A stretch of 64,000 nt of DNA from Octopus sinensis (GCF_006345805.1 NC_043003.1:69750001-69814000), one strand, 5' to 3'; shown: positions 25,973 through 40,200, numbered from the stretch's first letter. Notes: generated by a model not told the origin, from the sequence alone. A program made the numbers and translations.

Positions 25973-26600
25973 TCTTCTATATACATAAAACTCAACTTGT
26001 GTGGCTGTGTGTGTATCTGTGTGTTTAACTTCCCGGCACATCTCCTCCTAGCCAACAAATCATAGAACCACCAAAAATGGGTCACTTAAAGTCTAGGCGA
26101 ATGAAAATTGAACTGCGCTATTTCTGTTCCAAAATTCATCTCGCAAGTGCAAAAATCGATAATGTGTTTGTTTAGGCCTTATCCCCTGCATTGAATAGTG
26201 AACTTTACTCAATCAGCTGTTTGACGTGAACTGTGTTCACCATGCGTGCAAGCATCCGTAAATTGCATGAAAAATAAAAAATCAAGATATAAAAACAAAT
26301 CGCCATAAACATTGTAGAAATTCGGCAAAGAAATGAATTTTCGGGATGTAGCCTGGAGGGTTTTTTCGTATTAATCGTTTGCACTTTGTGAACACATACC
26401 AATTGTTTTCATAACATTTTTAACACTTTGAATCAAATTATGACCATTTTGCGTTGAGTCACTTTAACCAAAGTTTAGCAGGCCGGATTTTTGATCATCA
26501 CGATACATCGCCAGCGACTCCCTGAAACTCTCCCCTGAGAAATTTATATATATAAAACTCAACTTGTGTGTCTGTGTGTGTATCTGTGTGTTTAACTTTT
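25973..26600 (+). mobile_element. Helitron-like 5' ends (two) with truncated body
   Basis: A|TCTTCTATATACATAAAACTCAACTTGTGTG at 25973, repeated at ~26545; similar to the 5' ends of the complete elements at 26649 and 56902; no CTAG 3' end seen. Confidence 0.55.
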
Positions 26601-26648
26601 GGATCTACCAAGTTTCATTATTAAGGATGGAAAGTAGTGTGTAGCAAA

Positions 26649-27017
26649 TCTATATATATAAAGCTGAAGTTGTCTGTGTGTAGCAGGTTTGGTAGCCTTC
26701 AACTAACATTATCTCCTTTGAGACCCTGCAGTGCAAGTTGACCAAAATTGAGAGTATGATAGAAGAAGGCTTGCTCTTCATTCTGTAGAAGATAAAATTC
26801 AAATCGGACCATGTTGACACCAAAAATTATTTACATCAAACAGGTGCTTTTTTTCTATGAAAATCCCTATTTTTTACAATTTTTGACTGCTGTGTCACCA
26901 TTTTTCAGTGTATTTCAACTGGAAAAATGTTCACTTGAAGAGAACAACAAGACTTTTCAAAAATTCCAATTCTAAAGAGTCGAAACAAACCCAAGCAACA
27001 CCGGGTGATACTGCTAG
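26649..27017 (+). mobile_element. Non-autonomous Helitron
   Basis: 5' A|TCTATATATATAAAG; 3' ACCC-AAGCAACACC-GGGT subterminal hairpin then GATACTGCTAG|T; A/T target, no TSD. Confidence 0.8.
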
Positions 27018-27914
27018 TATACATATATATCATCATCATCATCATCATCATCGTTTAATGTCCGCTTTCCATGCTAGCATATATGTATATATATATATGT
27101 GTGTATATGTTTGTGTGTCTGTGTTTGTCCCCCCAGCATCGCTTGACAACTGATGCTGGTGTGTTTATGTCCCCGTAACTTAGAAGTACAGCAAAAGGAA
27201 GATCAATAGAATAAGTACTAGGCTTACAAAGAGTAAGCTCTGAGGTCGATTTTGCTCAACTAAAGGCGGTGCTCCAGCATGGCTGTAGTCAAATGACTGA
27301 AACAAGTAAAAGAATGAAAGAATAAAAATGTCTTCTTGAATGAAGAGTTATTTTTTTAACTTAGCAGTTCGGCAACAGGGACTAATAAAATAAGTACTAG
27401 GTTTACAAATAATAATTTACTCGACTAAAGACAGTGCTCCGGTATGGCCACAGTCAAATGACTGAAACAAGTAAAAGAATAAAAGAATAAAATTCATGAG
27501 TTGAAATTTTCCCACATTCTACCAAGTGAATACTTGTTCACATCTTGAGTTTATCATTTGGGAAACAGGTGTGCAATTGAAAAAGAATTTCAGGTATTTT
27601 ATTTGACAGTATGCCTCATTAATAAACCAACCATCTTCTTGTTTTTAGTCTTGAATGAAAAAAATTTCATGTGTGAATATAGTAGGTGTGTGTATTCCTT
27701 TGTTTGATCATTTATTTTAGGTTTTCTTTGCCATACCAGCTTGGATCAGATGAATGACTACTACCAAAATGCAAGTATGGCTGTGTGGTTTCAGCTTCAG
27801 TCCCACTGTGTGGCACCTTGGGCAAGTGTCTTCTACTATAGCCCTGGGCCAACAAAAGCCTTGTGAGTGGACTTAGTTGATGGAAATAAGCCTGTTTGCA
27901 TACACACATACATA

Positions 27915-28085
27915 TATATATAGATAGATAGATATATAAATAGATAGATAGATGGATGGATGGATAAATAAACAGATAGATACATGAATAGATAGATGAT
28001 AGATAGATAGATAGATAGATAGATAAATAGACAGACAGACAGACAGATAGATAAATAGATAGATACATAGACAGATAGATAGATG

Positions 28086-28140
<55 letters not shown>

Positions 28141-28141
28141 C

Positions 28142-28189
<48 letters not shown>

Positions 28190-28190
28190 T
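27915..28190. repeat. (GATA)n microsatellite
   Basis: Direct inspection; source of the YLSI ORFs. Confidence 0.97.
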
Positions 28191-28193
28191 TGG

Positions 28194-28590
28194 TGCAGGC
28201 GTGGCAGTGTGGTAAGAAACTTGCTTCCCAACCACATGATTCCAGGTCCAGTCCCATTGCATGGCACCTCGGACAAGTGTCTTCTGCTATAGCCTGTAGC
28301 TGACCAAAACCTTGTGAGTGAAGCTGGTAGATGGAAACAGAAAGAAACTCATTGTAAATATATATATCTTTGTGTGTGCTTCTTTGTCTGTGATTGTTCC
28401 CGCCACTGCTCAACAGCCAGTGTTGGTGTGTTTATGTCCCCATCATTTAACGGTTCAGCAATAGAGATCAATAGAATAAATACCAGGCTTTAAAAAAAGA
28501 AGTCCTGAGGTCAACTGATTCGGCTAAAAGTTCTTCAAGGTGGTGCCTCAGCATGGCCACAGTCTAATGACTGAAACAAGTAAAAGAGAG
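28194..28590 (+). mobile_element. SINE family B (tRNA-like head, CCTTGGGCAAGTGTCTT core, internal microsatellite), representative copy
   Basis: Head GCAGG.GTGGC.GTGTGGTAAG...GGTTCAGTCCC; tail ATGACTGAAACAAGTAAAAG. Copies at about 11330-11490, 15310-15645, 17690-18030, 25225-25365, 30050-30410, 38420-38620, 40940-41290, 42760-43190, 43280-43730, 48630-49260 and 56927-58525. Confidence 0.85.
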
Positions 28591-29218
28591 CCTTTACTTG
28601 TGAGTGTCACTGTCATATAAGCAGTACAATTCGTTTCCAATAAAAACATGAAATATTACTTCTCTTGGAGACAAGTGAGAGTTGGTGACAGGAAGGGCAT
28701 CTTGTCATAGGAAATCTACTCTAATAACCTTCATCCAACCCAAGCAAGCATAGAAAAGTGGATGTTAAAATGATGATCCTGATAATGACAAGGCATTGTT
28801 TTATAGTTGGATGTCCTACCTGTTCCTTACTCCAACTGTTTCTCAAGTTAGAGATGTTTTTCTTTCACTCCTCTTAAAAAGCAGAGCTAGATGATTTTTG
28901 TTAACAGTTATCACCATTTTCCAGCTCGACACGTTTTATGAACAGCACAAAAAGAAAATATCCACTAACACACACAGCTAGGTTGTCCCTAGCTGAGAAA
29001 AGAATCACATGATAAAATTCTCATAATTCAGACATCAACATAAATTGCAGAAATGAAAAATTATCAGCCTATACCCACATGAAAGAAAGTATGTTATCTT
29101 ACCTATGAGTCCCACCATGATTATAAACACTAAAATCTGCACCAATGGTCCTCACATATTCAGAAATATTTATGGTACAGCTTCAATATTAGAAATGGAT
29201 GTTATAATTTTCTCTTAC

Positions 29219-29385
29219 CTCATCTCTGTGAGATTTAACACGTTTTAACTTCCTTTTTAAAACTTTTTTCATGTCCAGTAAAAACTCCATTGCTCCAGAA
29301 GGTTCAAAAGGTTCTCCTGTTGACACCCAAAGAGGACCAAGTGCCAGGCTTTTACTCTGTTGTAGACAGTCAGACAATGCAGGTA
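29219..29385 (-). CDS. DCDC1: DCDC1 exon: (I)PALSDCLQQSKSLALGPLWVSTGEPFEPSGAMEFLLDMKKVLKRKLKRVKSHRDE
   Basis: Acceptor ctgtttttgttatacag, donor GTAAGA, phase 1 in / 0 out; strong match to recalled human VPLLEKCLQNSITPLRGPLWVSKGEGFSPSGA. Confidence 0.95.
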
Positions 29386-31029
29386 CTGTATAACAAAAAC
29401 AGAAAAGAAGTATTTGGAGACATTAGTTTCTTATAAAAGCTCAAAGTCATTTACAAAATAGAGAAAACCCAACAATTAGAGAGAAAGTAAGGTCCTAAAA
29501 GCATTAAGTTCATGTTTATGTACTCACTGGGGTCTGCGCTTGCACCCATATGAGAGACAGAAATCTGTTGAGCTTTCTGTCTCTCATATCCCTTACACCC
29601 ATTCTTCCATCACTCCTCTAACAATGGCACTATTCAGCTGCTGTAATCATATGGTAGCAGAATCTACACATATTTATTCCCCTTTGTGCTACTCATTACT
29701 CCCCTCTCTCTCTGGAATCACATCCTTTAATATCCATCCTTCATTTTCAATATAACCTCTTCCCACTTTATTTTCTACTGATTACCCTTTTCTGTTCCCC
29801 AACCCTTTAATATCTCCTATCATTCTAACCACCCCATCTGCTGTTGAAACAACCCATCACTTCTCTTTTTGATTCTCTATAGCTACAAGTGTGCATAAGT
29901 GGCTTTCATCATTGTCCCTGTACTTCTCTCTCTCTTTCTTCTTTCTACATTCAGATTCTACAGATTTTAACTGCTTTCTGATCTATCTACAAGTTTATTA
30001 TACTGCTCTTCTCTACCCATTGTCCCTTATCACCTTCTCTTTCATGATCGGGTGTAGGCGTGGTTGTGGGGTAAGAAGTTTGCTGCCCAACCACATGGTT
30101 CCAAGTTCAGTTCCACTGTCTGATACCTTGGACAAGTGTCTTCTACCATAGCTGACCAAAACCTTGTGAGTGAATTTGGTAGATGGAAACTAAAAGAAAA
30201 CCACGAGTATGTATATGTGTGTGTGTGAGTGTGTGCGTGTGTGTCTTTGTTACCCACCACTGCTTCATAACCAGTGTTGGTGTATTTACATCTCAGTAAC
30301 GTAGCAGTTCAGCAATAGATACTGATAGAATAAGAACCAGGTTCTACTAAATTTCTTCAAGGTGGTGCTCCAGCATGGCCACAGTCTATTGACAGAAACA
30401 AGAAAAAGATAAAAAAAACAACAGATCATTCAACGTCCACTTTTCCATGCTTTTAGGTGTCAGACAGATTTTCTACAGCTGGGTTGCTCTACCTGTCACC
30501 AGCCCTTGCCTATTTCCAAACAAAGTAATATCTCCCTATGGTCAGATATGGTTTTCAGGTTAGATTTGAAAATAAACAGCATCACCTGTTTTAAACCTTC
30601 ATGTGATGTCAAGATCAGTGTACACACACAAACACATACAACAGGCTTCCACACAGTTTCCATCAACAAAATTCACTCACAAAGCATTGGTCAGTCAGAG
30701 AGCCACAGCAGAAGACAGTGCTACACAATGAAACTGAACTCAAAACAACTCCCTTGCAAAGCAAGTTTCTTAACCACCAGACCAATTTTTATTACAAAAT
30801 TTCAAATCAGGCCGGAGTCCGATCAATATTGTGTTTCATCTCCGCAAATCAATAAATTCAATACGGGTAATATACAACATTTGATTCTCGTCATTTTAAC
30901 AACGATTGCTAGCCAAGCATGTTACTAAGAAACTTATATTACACTCTTATCATTTTGATTGCTATCTGGAAAAGTAGTGGTGCAGTCACATTATCTACAA
31001 CAATATCTACTCTGGTATTATGATAACAT

Positions 31030-31058
31030 ACATACATATATATACACATACACATATA

Positions 31059-31113
<55 letters not shown>

Positions 31114-31173
31114 GTTTATATATATATATATATATAAATATATATACATATATTATTATATATATATATATAA

Positions 31174-31245
<72 letters not shown>

Positions 31246-31478
31246 AATATATATACTATATATATAATATATATATTATATATAAATATATATACATATA
31301 TAATATATATATATATATATATAAATATATATACATTATATATATATATATAAATATATATACATATATATATATATATAAATATATATAAATATATATA
31401 CATATATATATATATATAATATATATATAAATATATATCTATATATATAGTATATATAAATATATATTATATATATAT

Positions 31479-31523
<45 letters not shown>

Positions 31524-31527
31524 TATA

Positions 31528-31567
<40 letters not shown>

Positions 31568-31662
31568 TATATTTATATATATATATATTTATATATATAA
31601 TATATATATATATATATTATATATTATATATATATTATATATATAATTATATATATTATATG

Positions 31663-31693
<31 letters not shown>

Positions 31694-31723
31694 ATATATA
31701 TCATATATATATATATGTATATA

Positions 31724-31765
<42 letters not shown>

Positions 31766-31813
31766 TGTATATATATATAATATATATATATATGTATATA
31801 TATATATATGTAT

Positions 31814-31888
<75 letters not shown>
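31030..31888. repeat. ~860-bp degenerate (TA)n tract
   Basis: Direct inspection; abuts the 3' end of the CR1-like LINE. Confidence 0.97.
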
Positions 31889-31890
<2 letters not shown>

Positions 31891-34800
31891 CTTAACTTAG
31901 AATAACTTAGAAAGGTTTTTGGCCAGTATTGGCCCAGGCCATGTCTAACTTAATAGCACCACCTGGCGAAGTCTTTCAGTTCAGGATTTGGGCACCAAGG
32001 CCCATTCGAGCAGAGAGTTATTGTTTGCGGAGACATATCCGGGTGTGGGTGGTTTGTCCGGTACTGTTTGAAGGAATTTGTCCAAAGACTTCTTGAATTT
32101 TGTGTGGTCAGTTTCTTTTTTGACGTGTCCTGGTGTAATGTTGAAGAGAGCAGTCCAAATGAGGTGAATAGTTGTGCCGTATTGTCGTTATGTGATGCGA
32201 TTGATTTTTGTTGTGGACGGATGGCACGTGGTCCAAGCCTTGGATGTATTTTGAAGGTGATGCCAACATCATTCGGACAGTGCTGATGGAATATTTTCCA
32301 CATCATACAGATAATGTAGCGTTCACGGCGTCGTTGGAGTGAATACAATTTCAGCTTCTCTAGTCTACCCCAGTAGTCAAGGTCTGACATGCCATCTATC
32401 TTTTTGTGATTGACCTTTGGGGAGCTTCAATTCTCATAATTTTTGTTTTGTGTAGGGGAGACCACAGTGGACAGCAGTATTCAAGGTGGGGTCGGGCAAA
32501 AGTGGAGAAGAGAAGGATAATAGCGTGGGAATCTCTCGACTGGAAGGTTCTGAGAATCCAGGAACACATTCTGCGGGCCATGTCAACTTTGCTGCTTATA
32601 TGTGTAGCCCAGCTTATGTTGTTGTCCACACGTTACTCCAGGTCTCTGATGTTGTTGGATGCCATGAGAATTTCTCCAGAAGGAAGAGAGTATGGGAGTT
32701 TCAGAGCGTCCTCCCTTCAAAGTGGATCAGTTCGAATTTGTCTTCATTTAGCAACATGTTATTCTTTTCCGCCCATTGACACAGCCAGTAGGTCTGACTG
32801 AAGGTTTATTTGGTCATCCACGCCATTGATGACCTTCTAGAGCTTGGAATCATCAGCGAAGGTTCTGATGTTGCTGTGTTTGATGGTGTCAGTAATATCA
32901 TTATGTAGATGATGAAGAGAAGTGGGCCCAACACAGTGCCTTGTGGGACCCACTGCTGACTTTGGCTGGGCTGGATTTGACTCCCTCGACTACAACATGT
33001 TGGGTTCTGTTAGAGAGGAAGCACTTGATCCATTGCAGCAGCTTTCCAGTGACACCAATATTGGACAGCTTTCTCAGAAGGATCTTATGATCAACCCTGT
33101 CAAAGGCCTTGCTGAAATCAAGGTAGATGACATCAGTGTTGGAACCCTCTCCCAGGCTCTCAAAGTCATCAAAATGATGCAGTAGCTGCGTCAGGCAATC
33201 TGTCCCATTACGGAATCATGCTGGTTGGGGTTCAGCATATTATGACTCTCAAGGAAGTGAGTCATACGCGATCTCAGCACCCTCAAATACCTTGATGATA
33301 TGAGAGGTGAGTGAGATTGGACGGTAATTCACGGGCAAGCGATTTGTTTCCTTTTTGAAAACTGGGACAACAGACTGGGATAGAAGGTCTTCTGGTATAT
33401 ATCCAGCATCAGTGATTTCCGCCACAGATTGGCTAGAGGGGGTGCAAGTTGGTTTTGACACATCTTCAAGACACAAGCAGGGAACCTATCGGGACCTACT
33501 GCTGAATTATGCTTCATTTCCTTTATTGCTGCTAAGACATCAGGAGCGCCAATGTTATGTCCCGATAAAGTGTATTGGGGAGTAACATCACTGATACAGC
33601 CCAGATCAGTCATATCAGGATTGCTGAAAACAGAGCAATATTGTTTCTGCAATATTTCTCCCATGGTTTTGGCATTGTCTTGAAGAGTACCATTTTCATC
33701 AATCAGAGGGCCAACAGTAGAACCAGTGACTCTGTGTTTTTTTGCAAATGAAAAGAACACTTTGGATTGAGTTTGATCTTCTCAATGGCCCAGGCCTCTT
33801 CAGCTCTTCTGCTGACTATTGATGATAGACATCATGTGTTTTGGAGTTTATGTTTTTTAATCTCTAGCGACGAGATGGCAGTCAGGTTGGTGTGGTTGCT
33901 GTTGACAGTATTTCAGCATGTTGATCTTTTTGTGATTCTTTTAATTTTCCTTATGAGAGATTTCCTATTTCTAGGGATTCGACACTTAGATTTGTTTGCA
34001 GGTCTAATGGGGTGTGTCTTGCACATATGTTCGTGATGGTGTCTACAAGTGACTGTCAGGACTTTTTGATGTTAGTGGGTGTGTATGTGTGCGTGAAGGA
34101 CCAATCGACTTGTGCAAGATCATTATTGATCGCTTCCCAGTTTGCATTGTGGAAATCCATAGTGTCAAATGGATGAACAAGGAGGAATGACATTTGTTTT
34201 GCATTTTGGCCAGTGAAATCTCAGATCACAGAGAACCATGTCATGGTCGGAGAGTAGGGTTTTCTCCACTGCAATATTGTGGATAGTATCATCTGTGATT
34301 GCTGAAAATTAAGTCTAAGACGTTTTTGTGACATCTCGTTGGTTCGAGTACCATTGGGACAAGAAGAAGTCATCCATGAAGTCAAGAAGCGATTCCACTG
34401 CCTCCCTGTCAGGGGTTGAGAGAGAAGAACCTGGCGGCAGACTGTTTGTAGACCAGTCAACCCCGGGAGGTTGAAATCTCCCATCATTAAAATGTTGTCA
34501 GGTTGACACTGCTGAATGAAACACTTTATGCTGTTGAGGCATTCCTTGAAGCATGGTAGGGGCGTTTGGGGTGTCTGTAGAGCCCAACTACTGTTAAGTT
34601 GTTGGTTTGACTGAATACAGCGATTGCTTCGCAGTATCCATTCGAAAATATGTTCATGGCTTCTGCTGAGAATGAATCATGGACATAAATGGCAGTCCCA
34701 CCATTTCTTTCTGCCAACACGATCATCACACGAATGGTTTTGAAATTTTTAACTTTCACCTCGGCTTCCAAGTGGAGGTCACTAAGATGGGTTTCAGTGA

Positions 34801-34935
34801 GGACGAAGAAAGGGATGTGGTTGGATGGCCTCGACCCAGTCCTCCAGGAATCTTATCTTCCATTTTTGTGTATTGGTGGAAGGGCTGATGCCTTGGGCAT
34901 TAAGCAGAAATGTTGAGGCGAGGAGTGGATGGTTT
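31889..34935 (-). mobile_element. 5'-truncated CR1/L2-group LINE ORF2 (APE endonuclease + RT), frameshifted
   Basis: Minus strand: GGTAIYVHD (APE), NYRPISLTSHIIKVFE, YLDFSKAFD, VPQGTVLGPLLFIIYI, FADDSKL, RPHLEYCCPLWSP, LKLYSLQRRRERY; 3' end in short TTCTAAG-type repeats; many stops and frameshifts. Confidence 0.92.
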
Positions 34936-34960
34936 TAATTATATATATATATGTATATAC

Positions 34961-34998
<38 letters not shown>

Positions 34999-35739
34999 AT
35001 ATCATCATCATCATCATCGTTTAACGTCCGTTTTCCATGCTAGCATGGGTTGGACATATATATATATATGTATGTATATGTGTGTGTGTGTACGTATGTA
35101 TATATGTATATATATGTGTGTAAGTATGTATATATGTATATATATGTGTGTGTGTGTATGTGTATGTATATATATATAAATATGGTGTGTGTGTATATAT
35201 ATATATATATATACACATACATACATGTATGTGTATAATGCTGTATATCATTTGTGCTGGAAAATATATTTAGCAGGTTTTAATGTTTCTTTCAAACAGT
35301 TGAGTCGTATGGATTTTCTTTTCAGATATTGTCCTGATGGCTAACAGCTTCCATTTAATGTTATGTTTCAGTATTTAATTTGCCCCCCTGAGATTAATGT
35401 AGAGATGACTTTGTATGTGTGCGTGTGTGTAAGATTATACAGATAAATAATATATACATACACCTATACATACATTGATTGTTAGACTATATAGATAGAT
35501 ACACACACATATACATAAATATATACATTCATATTCCACACACACACACAATGGTGTTTGTGTGTGTATATATATGTCAATATATATCTATGTATTGATA
35601 TATACATATATACATATAATCAATACACACACATATATATCAATATATGTATATGTATTGATATATATATATATATACACACACGCACAGGCAGACACAT
35701 ACAGACATATACCCAAAAATATATATAGTGTATACATAT

Positions 35740-35785
<46 letters not shown>

Positions 35786-35819
35786 CAAGTCATAACAATA
35801 ATAACAATATAAATTTTAG

Positions 35820-37060
35820 TTCAAATAACAACACTAAATTGAGAAATTTAATTTTGCAGTGTAAGGGAGATAACCATTCTTTAAGACCCCTTTTTTCATT
35901 GTAAAGGTACATCTAGGACTCTTAAAGATAATTACCCTAATAACAAGGTATGTCCTAGCAAAAATATTTGGTTGGTAATTCCATATGGTAAGCAGATCAA
36001 ATCCAACCTCCCTTACTGGTTTCGCAAAGCTATCGATAAGAATTATCCAAAACATCAAGATACTATACCATTATTAATTCACACTGAATTAGGATAAGGT
36101 TTTCAAATGCCAAAAACCTTTCACATAACAGTAAGTTGTTAAATACAAATCCACTTAATGAAAATAGTAACGTTAACACTAACCATTCTTTGAATAACCA
36201 TAGCAACAATATTAGTATTTCTGATATAAATTCCAGTTGCATATGTTTCCTTAGCAGTAATTCTAAGACTTGAAACTTTGTTTATCGATGTAATTACTTA
36301 TGGTTCTGACGTCTTTTTTATATAGGTAGTTATACATCTCAGTTGTCCAAAATATTTTCTAATCATTACTCTACATTTAGACATATCAATAGCCATAACA
36401 ATACTGGGCTTAGTAAATTAATTTGGTCTCTAAAGGAACATAACAAACAATTTGATTTGTTATGGAATATTCTATCTAGATCCTTTCTGTATGATAAAGG
36501 TAAATCTTTTTATTCGCTCTTTAGCAACGAACTGTACTTCATCCTGTTCACAGAGAATCCTCTTGTAAACACATTTAAAGAACATGTTTATCATTGCAAA
36601 TATTGGTAAAAACATACCTTTAGTTCCTATAAGTGATTTCTACCAATCTGTAAAATTCGACCTTTAACAGTCTTCTTACATTTCACTTTCACTAAATATA
36701 TCTATTTCCATGCCTTTAATCTTTATTCCTATTCACCTATCGCACTATATTTCTCCACTTTTAATTTTCTGCTAATTTCTTTCTTCCCCCTCCTTCTCTT
36801 TCTATGAATTGCCTTTGACATTATATGTATTATTGCTTTTTTTTTAATAACTTACCAGCATTCCCTTCATCATATATGCAGTAATTACATTCAGTTAAAA
36901 TGTCTTATTGATGCGTTTTGTTTCTCTTTTTTCCCTGATGAGAAGATTGCATTGTTTTACATCATTTTATTCCTTCTGGAATAATACAAATGTTTTCTTC
37001 GAAACATATGTTGGAAGTATAAAGATTTGAATAACACCTGTGTTTAATTCTATTTATTTA
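35820..37060 (+). mobile_element. Decayed Penelope-like element 3' part: RT thumb/linker, GIY-YIG endonuclease and HHR-bearing 3' region
   Basis: KNIWLVIPYGKQIKSN / IDKNYPKH (cf. IIWFNPPYS.NVKTN / IDKHFPK) and NTGLSKLIWSLKEHNKQFDLLWNIL...LVN..KE....CKY (cf. T.LSK.IW.LK......I.W.IL...LLN.R.E....CRH). Confidence 0.82.
36931..37016 (+). ncRNA. Minimal-stem-III hammerhead with extended stem II (family HHR-D)
   Basis: ttcc-CTGATGA-gaaga...tcttc-GAAA-catatg-TT-ggaa; palindromic stem III ACATATGT; internal hairpin ttattcc(ttct)ggaataa inside stem II. Confidence 0.82.
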
Positions 37061-37171
37061 TTTTTCTCTCTCTCTGTATATATATATATATAAACACACA
37101 CACACACATATATATGGAAGTATATATATATATATATATATAGGTACATATGTATACATATAGATATATGT

Positions 37172-37221
<50 letters not shown>

Positions 37222-37699
37222 TCATGATCATCGTTTAACGTCTGTTTTCCATGCTAGCATTTGTTGGACGGTTCGACCAGGGTCTGGGAAGCCAGTCAGG
37301 CGGCGCTGGCACCAACCAAGTTCAGCTGGTGCTTTTTACGTGCCACCAGCATGGGAATCTTAACTACAATTTCCATTTGATTTTTATTTTGATGTTGGTG
37401 TTGATGTACTTGACTCAATAGGTCTCCTCAAGAACAGCGGGTCACTCTACGATCCAAGGTTAGCACAGAAGGCCATCCTGTGAGCCATGAACTCACTTCA
37501 TTTGCCGGGTCTTCACAGTCACAGCATATCTCAGGTCTTGGTCTTTCGTCATTTCCTCTGTGAGGCCCAACGTGCCACTGGCATGGGTATCAATCCTACA
37601 ATATCCATTCGATTTTTGTTTTAATGTTGATCTACTTGACTCAATAGGTCTCCTCAAGCACAGCAGGTTGCCCTACGAACCAAGGTTAGCACAGCACAG

Positions 37700-38050
37700 C
37701 ACAGCAGGCCGTCCTGCGAGCCATGAACCCACTTCCTTTGTCGAGTCTTCGAAGTCACAGAATATCTCCAGAGGTCTCGGTTTTTTGTCATAGCTTCTGT
37801 GAAGCCCAATGTACGAAGGTCATGCTTGACCACCTTGTCCCATGCCTTCCTGGGTCTACCTCCACCCTGAATTCCTTCAACAGTTTGGGAGTGGCACTTC
37901 TTCACACATCTCTCCTCAGCCATCCATAGTACATGACCATACCAATGCAGACATCTCTCCTGCATGCCACATCCAATGCTTCTTATGTCCAACATTTCAC
38001 TCAGGGCATTTGCATTCTGTCGTGCATGGACACTGACATTACACATCCAG
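37700..38050 (-). mobile_element. RTE-clade LINE 3' end
   Basis: QERCLHWYGHVLWMAEERCVKKC..VEG..GGGRPRKAWDKVVKHDL..LG....TKNRDLWR. Confidence 0.8.
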
Positions 38051-38843
38051 TAGATCATGCTATGTATGTATGTATGTATGTATGTATGTATGTATGTATG
38101 CATGCATGCATGCATGCATGCATGCCTGCATGTATGTATGTATGTATGTATGTATGTATGTATGTATGTATGCATGCATGCATGCATGCATGCTGGCAGA
38201 AACGTTAGCGCATCGGGTGAAATGCTTAGTAATATTTCGTCTGTCGTTACGTTCTGAGTTCAAATTCTGCCGAGGTTGACTTTGCCTTTCATCCTTTTGG
38301 GGTCGATAAATAAAGTATCAGTCTCGCACTGGGGTTGATGTAATCAACTTAATCCCTTTGTCTGTCCTTGTTTGTTCCCTCTATGTTTAGCCCCTTGTGG
38401 GTAGTAAAGAAATATATATGTATGCATGCAAGTATGGCTATGTGATTACGAAGTTTATTTCCCAACAACATGGTTTCAGGTTCAGTCTCACTGTGCAGCA
38501 CCTTGAACAAGTGTCTTCCACTACAGCCCTGGGTTAACCGAAGCCTAGAGTGGATTTGGTAGACAGAAACTGAAAGATATCCATTGTGTATCAGCATGGC
38601 CACAGCTCGTGAGCTAAAACTAGATAAAATAAAATAATATATATATAAATATATATGGGTGTGTGTGTTTGCATGTGTGTGTGTGTGTGTGTGTGAACAG
38701 TGTATATTTGTGTCTCCTTGTTTTGACATTGTGTGACTACTGTACTTCTTGGAAACAGATGAAGGTTGGCAGCAGGAGGGGCATCTGGCTGTAGAAAATC
38801 TTCCTCAACAAAACCATCTGACTCATGCAAGCAGGGAAAAATG

Positions 38844-39412
38844 AACTTCCAAATGATCAGACACACACACATGCATACATACACACACATATATATATAC
38901 ATGCATTCATACACATGAACACACATATATACACATACTATATGTCTATCTATCAATGTATCTATCTATAAATATATACACACACATACATGCATACATA
39001 CACATATACATATTCATGCATTCATACACTCCCACATACATATACATACACATAGACACACATACATACACACACTATACATCTATCTATCTATCTATAA
39101 ATACACACACATACCCACACACACAATCTTAGCTACTCTAGGAACAAGGCCCAAAATTTTTGGAGAGGGCGTAAGTTGATTAGATCAACCCCAGTACGCA
39201 ACTGGTATTAAATTAATTGAGCCTGAAAGGACGTAAAGCAAAGTTGACCTCAACGGAATTTGAACTTAGAACGTAAAGACATTTTGCTAAGCATTTCGCC
39301 CAGTGTGCTAACATTTCTGCCAGCTCACCGCCTTACACACATATATATATATATAACATTACACACATGCACACCACACACACAAACATATGCATATGTG
39401 TCCAACTATCTA

Positions 39413-39457
<45 letters not shown>

Positions 39458-40106
39458 CTGTCTGAATGAATCTAAATCCACATGGACTAATTAAATACTA
39501 AACTTCAAAATGATCACACACACACACATGCATACATACACACACACATATATATACATGCATTCATACACATAGATACACATATATACACATACTGTAT
39601 GTCTATCAATGTATCTATCTATAAATATATATACACACACACACACATGCATACATACACATGCATACATACACATGCATACATACACATATACATGTAT
39701 ACTTACATGCCCACATACATATACATGCATACATACACATAGACACACACTATACATATATCTATCAATCTATCTATCTGACTATAAATACACACATACA
39801 CACACAATCTTTTCTAATCTAGGCACAAGGCATGAAATTTGGGGTGGGAGCAGTCAATTAGATCAACCCCAGTATGCAACTGGTACTTTATTTATCAACT
39901 CTGAAAGGATGAAAGGCAAAGTCGACCTCGGCGGAATTTGAACTCAGAACATAAAGACAGATGAAATACTGCTAAGCATTTCGCCCGGCATGCTAACGAT
40001 TCTGCCAGCTCACCACCTTACACACACACATATATAACATTACACACATGCATATATTTATGCATACATACACACACAAACATATGCATATGTGTCCAAC
40101 TATCTA

Positions 40107-40144
<38 letters not shown>

Positions 40145-40200
40145 TGCGTGTGTGGCTGTCTGAATGAGTCTAAATCCACATGGACTAATTAAATACTAAA
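38844..40200. repeat. Two-copy tandem duplication (~657 and ~700 bp), each containing a family C SINE
   Basis: Units start AACTTC.AAATGATC at 38844 and 39501 and end TCTAAATCCACATGGACTAATTAAATACTAAA. Confidence 0.9.
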
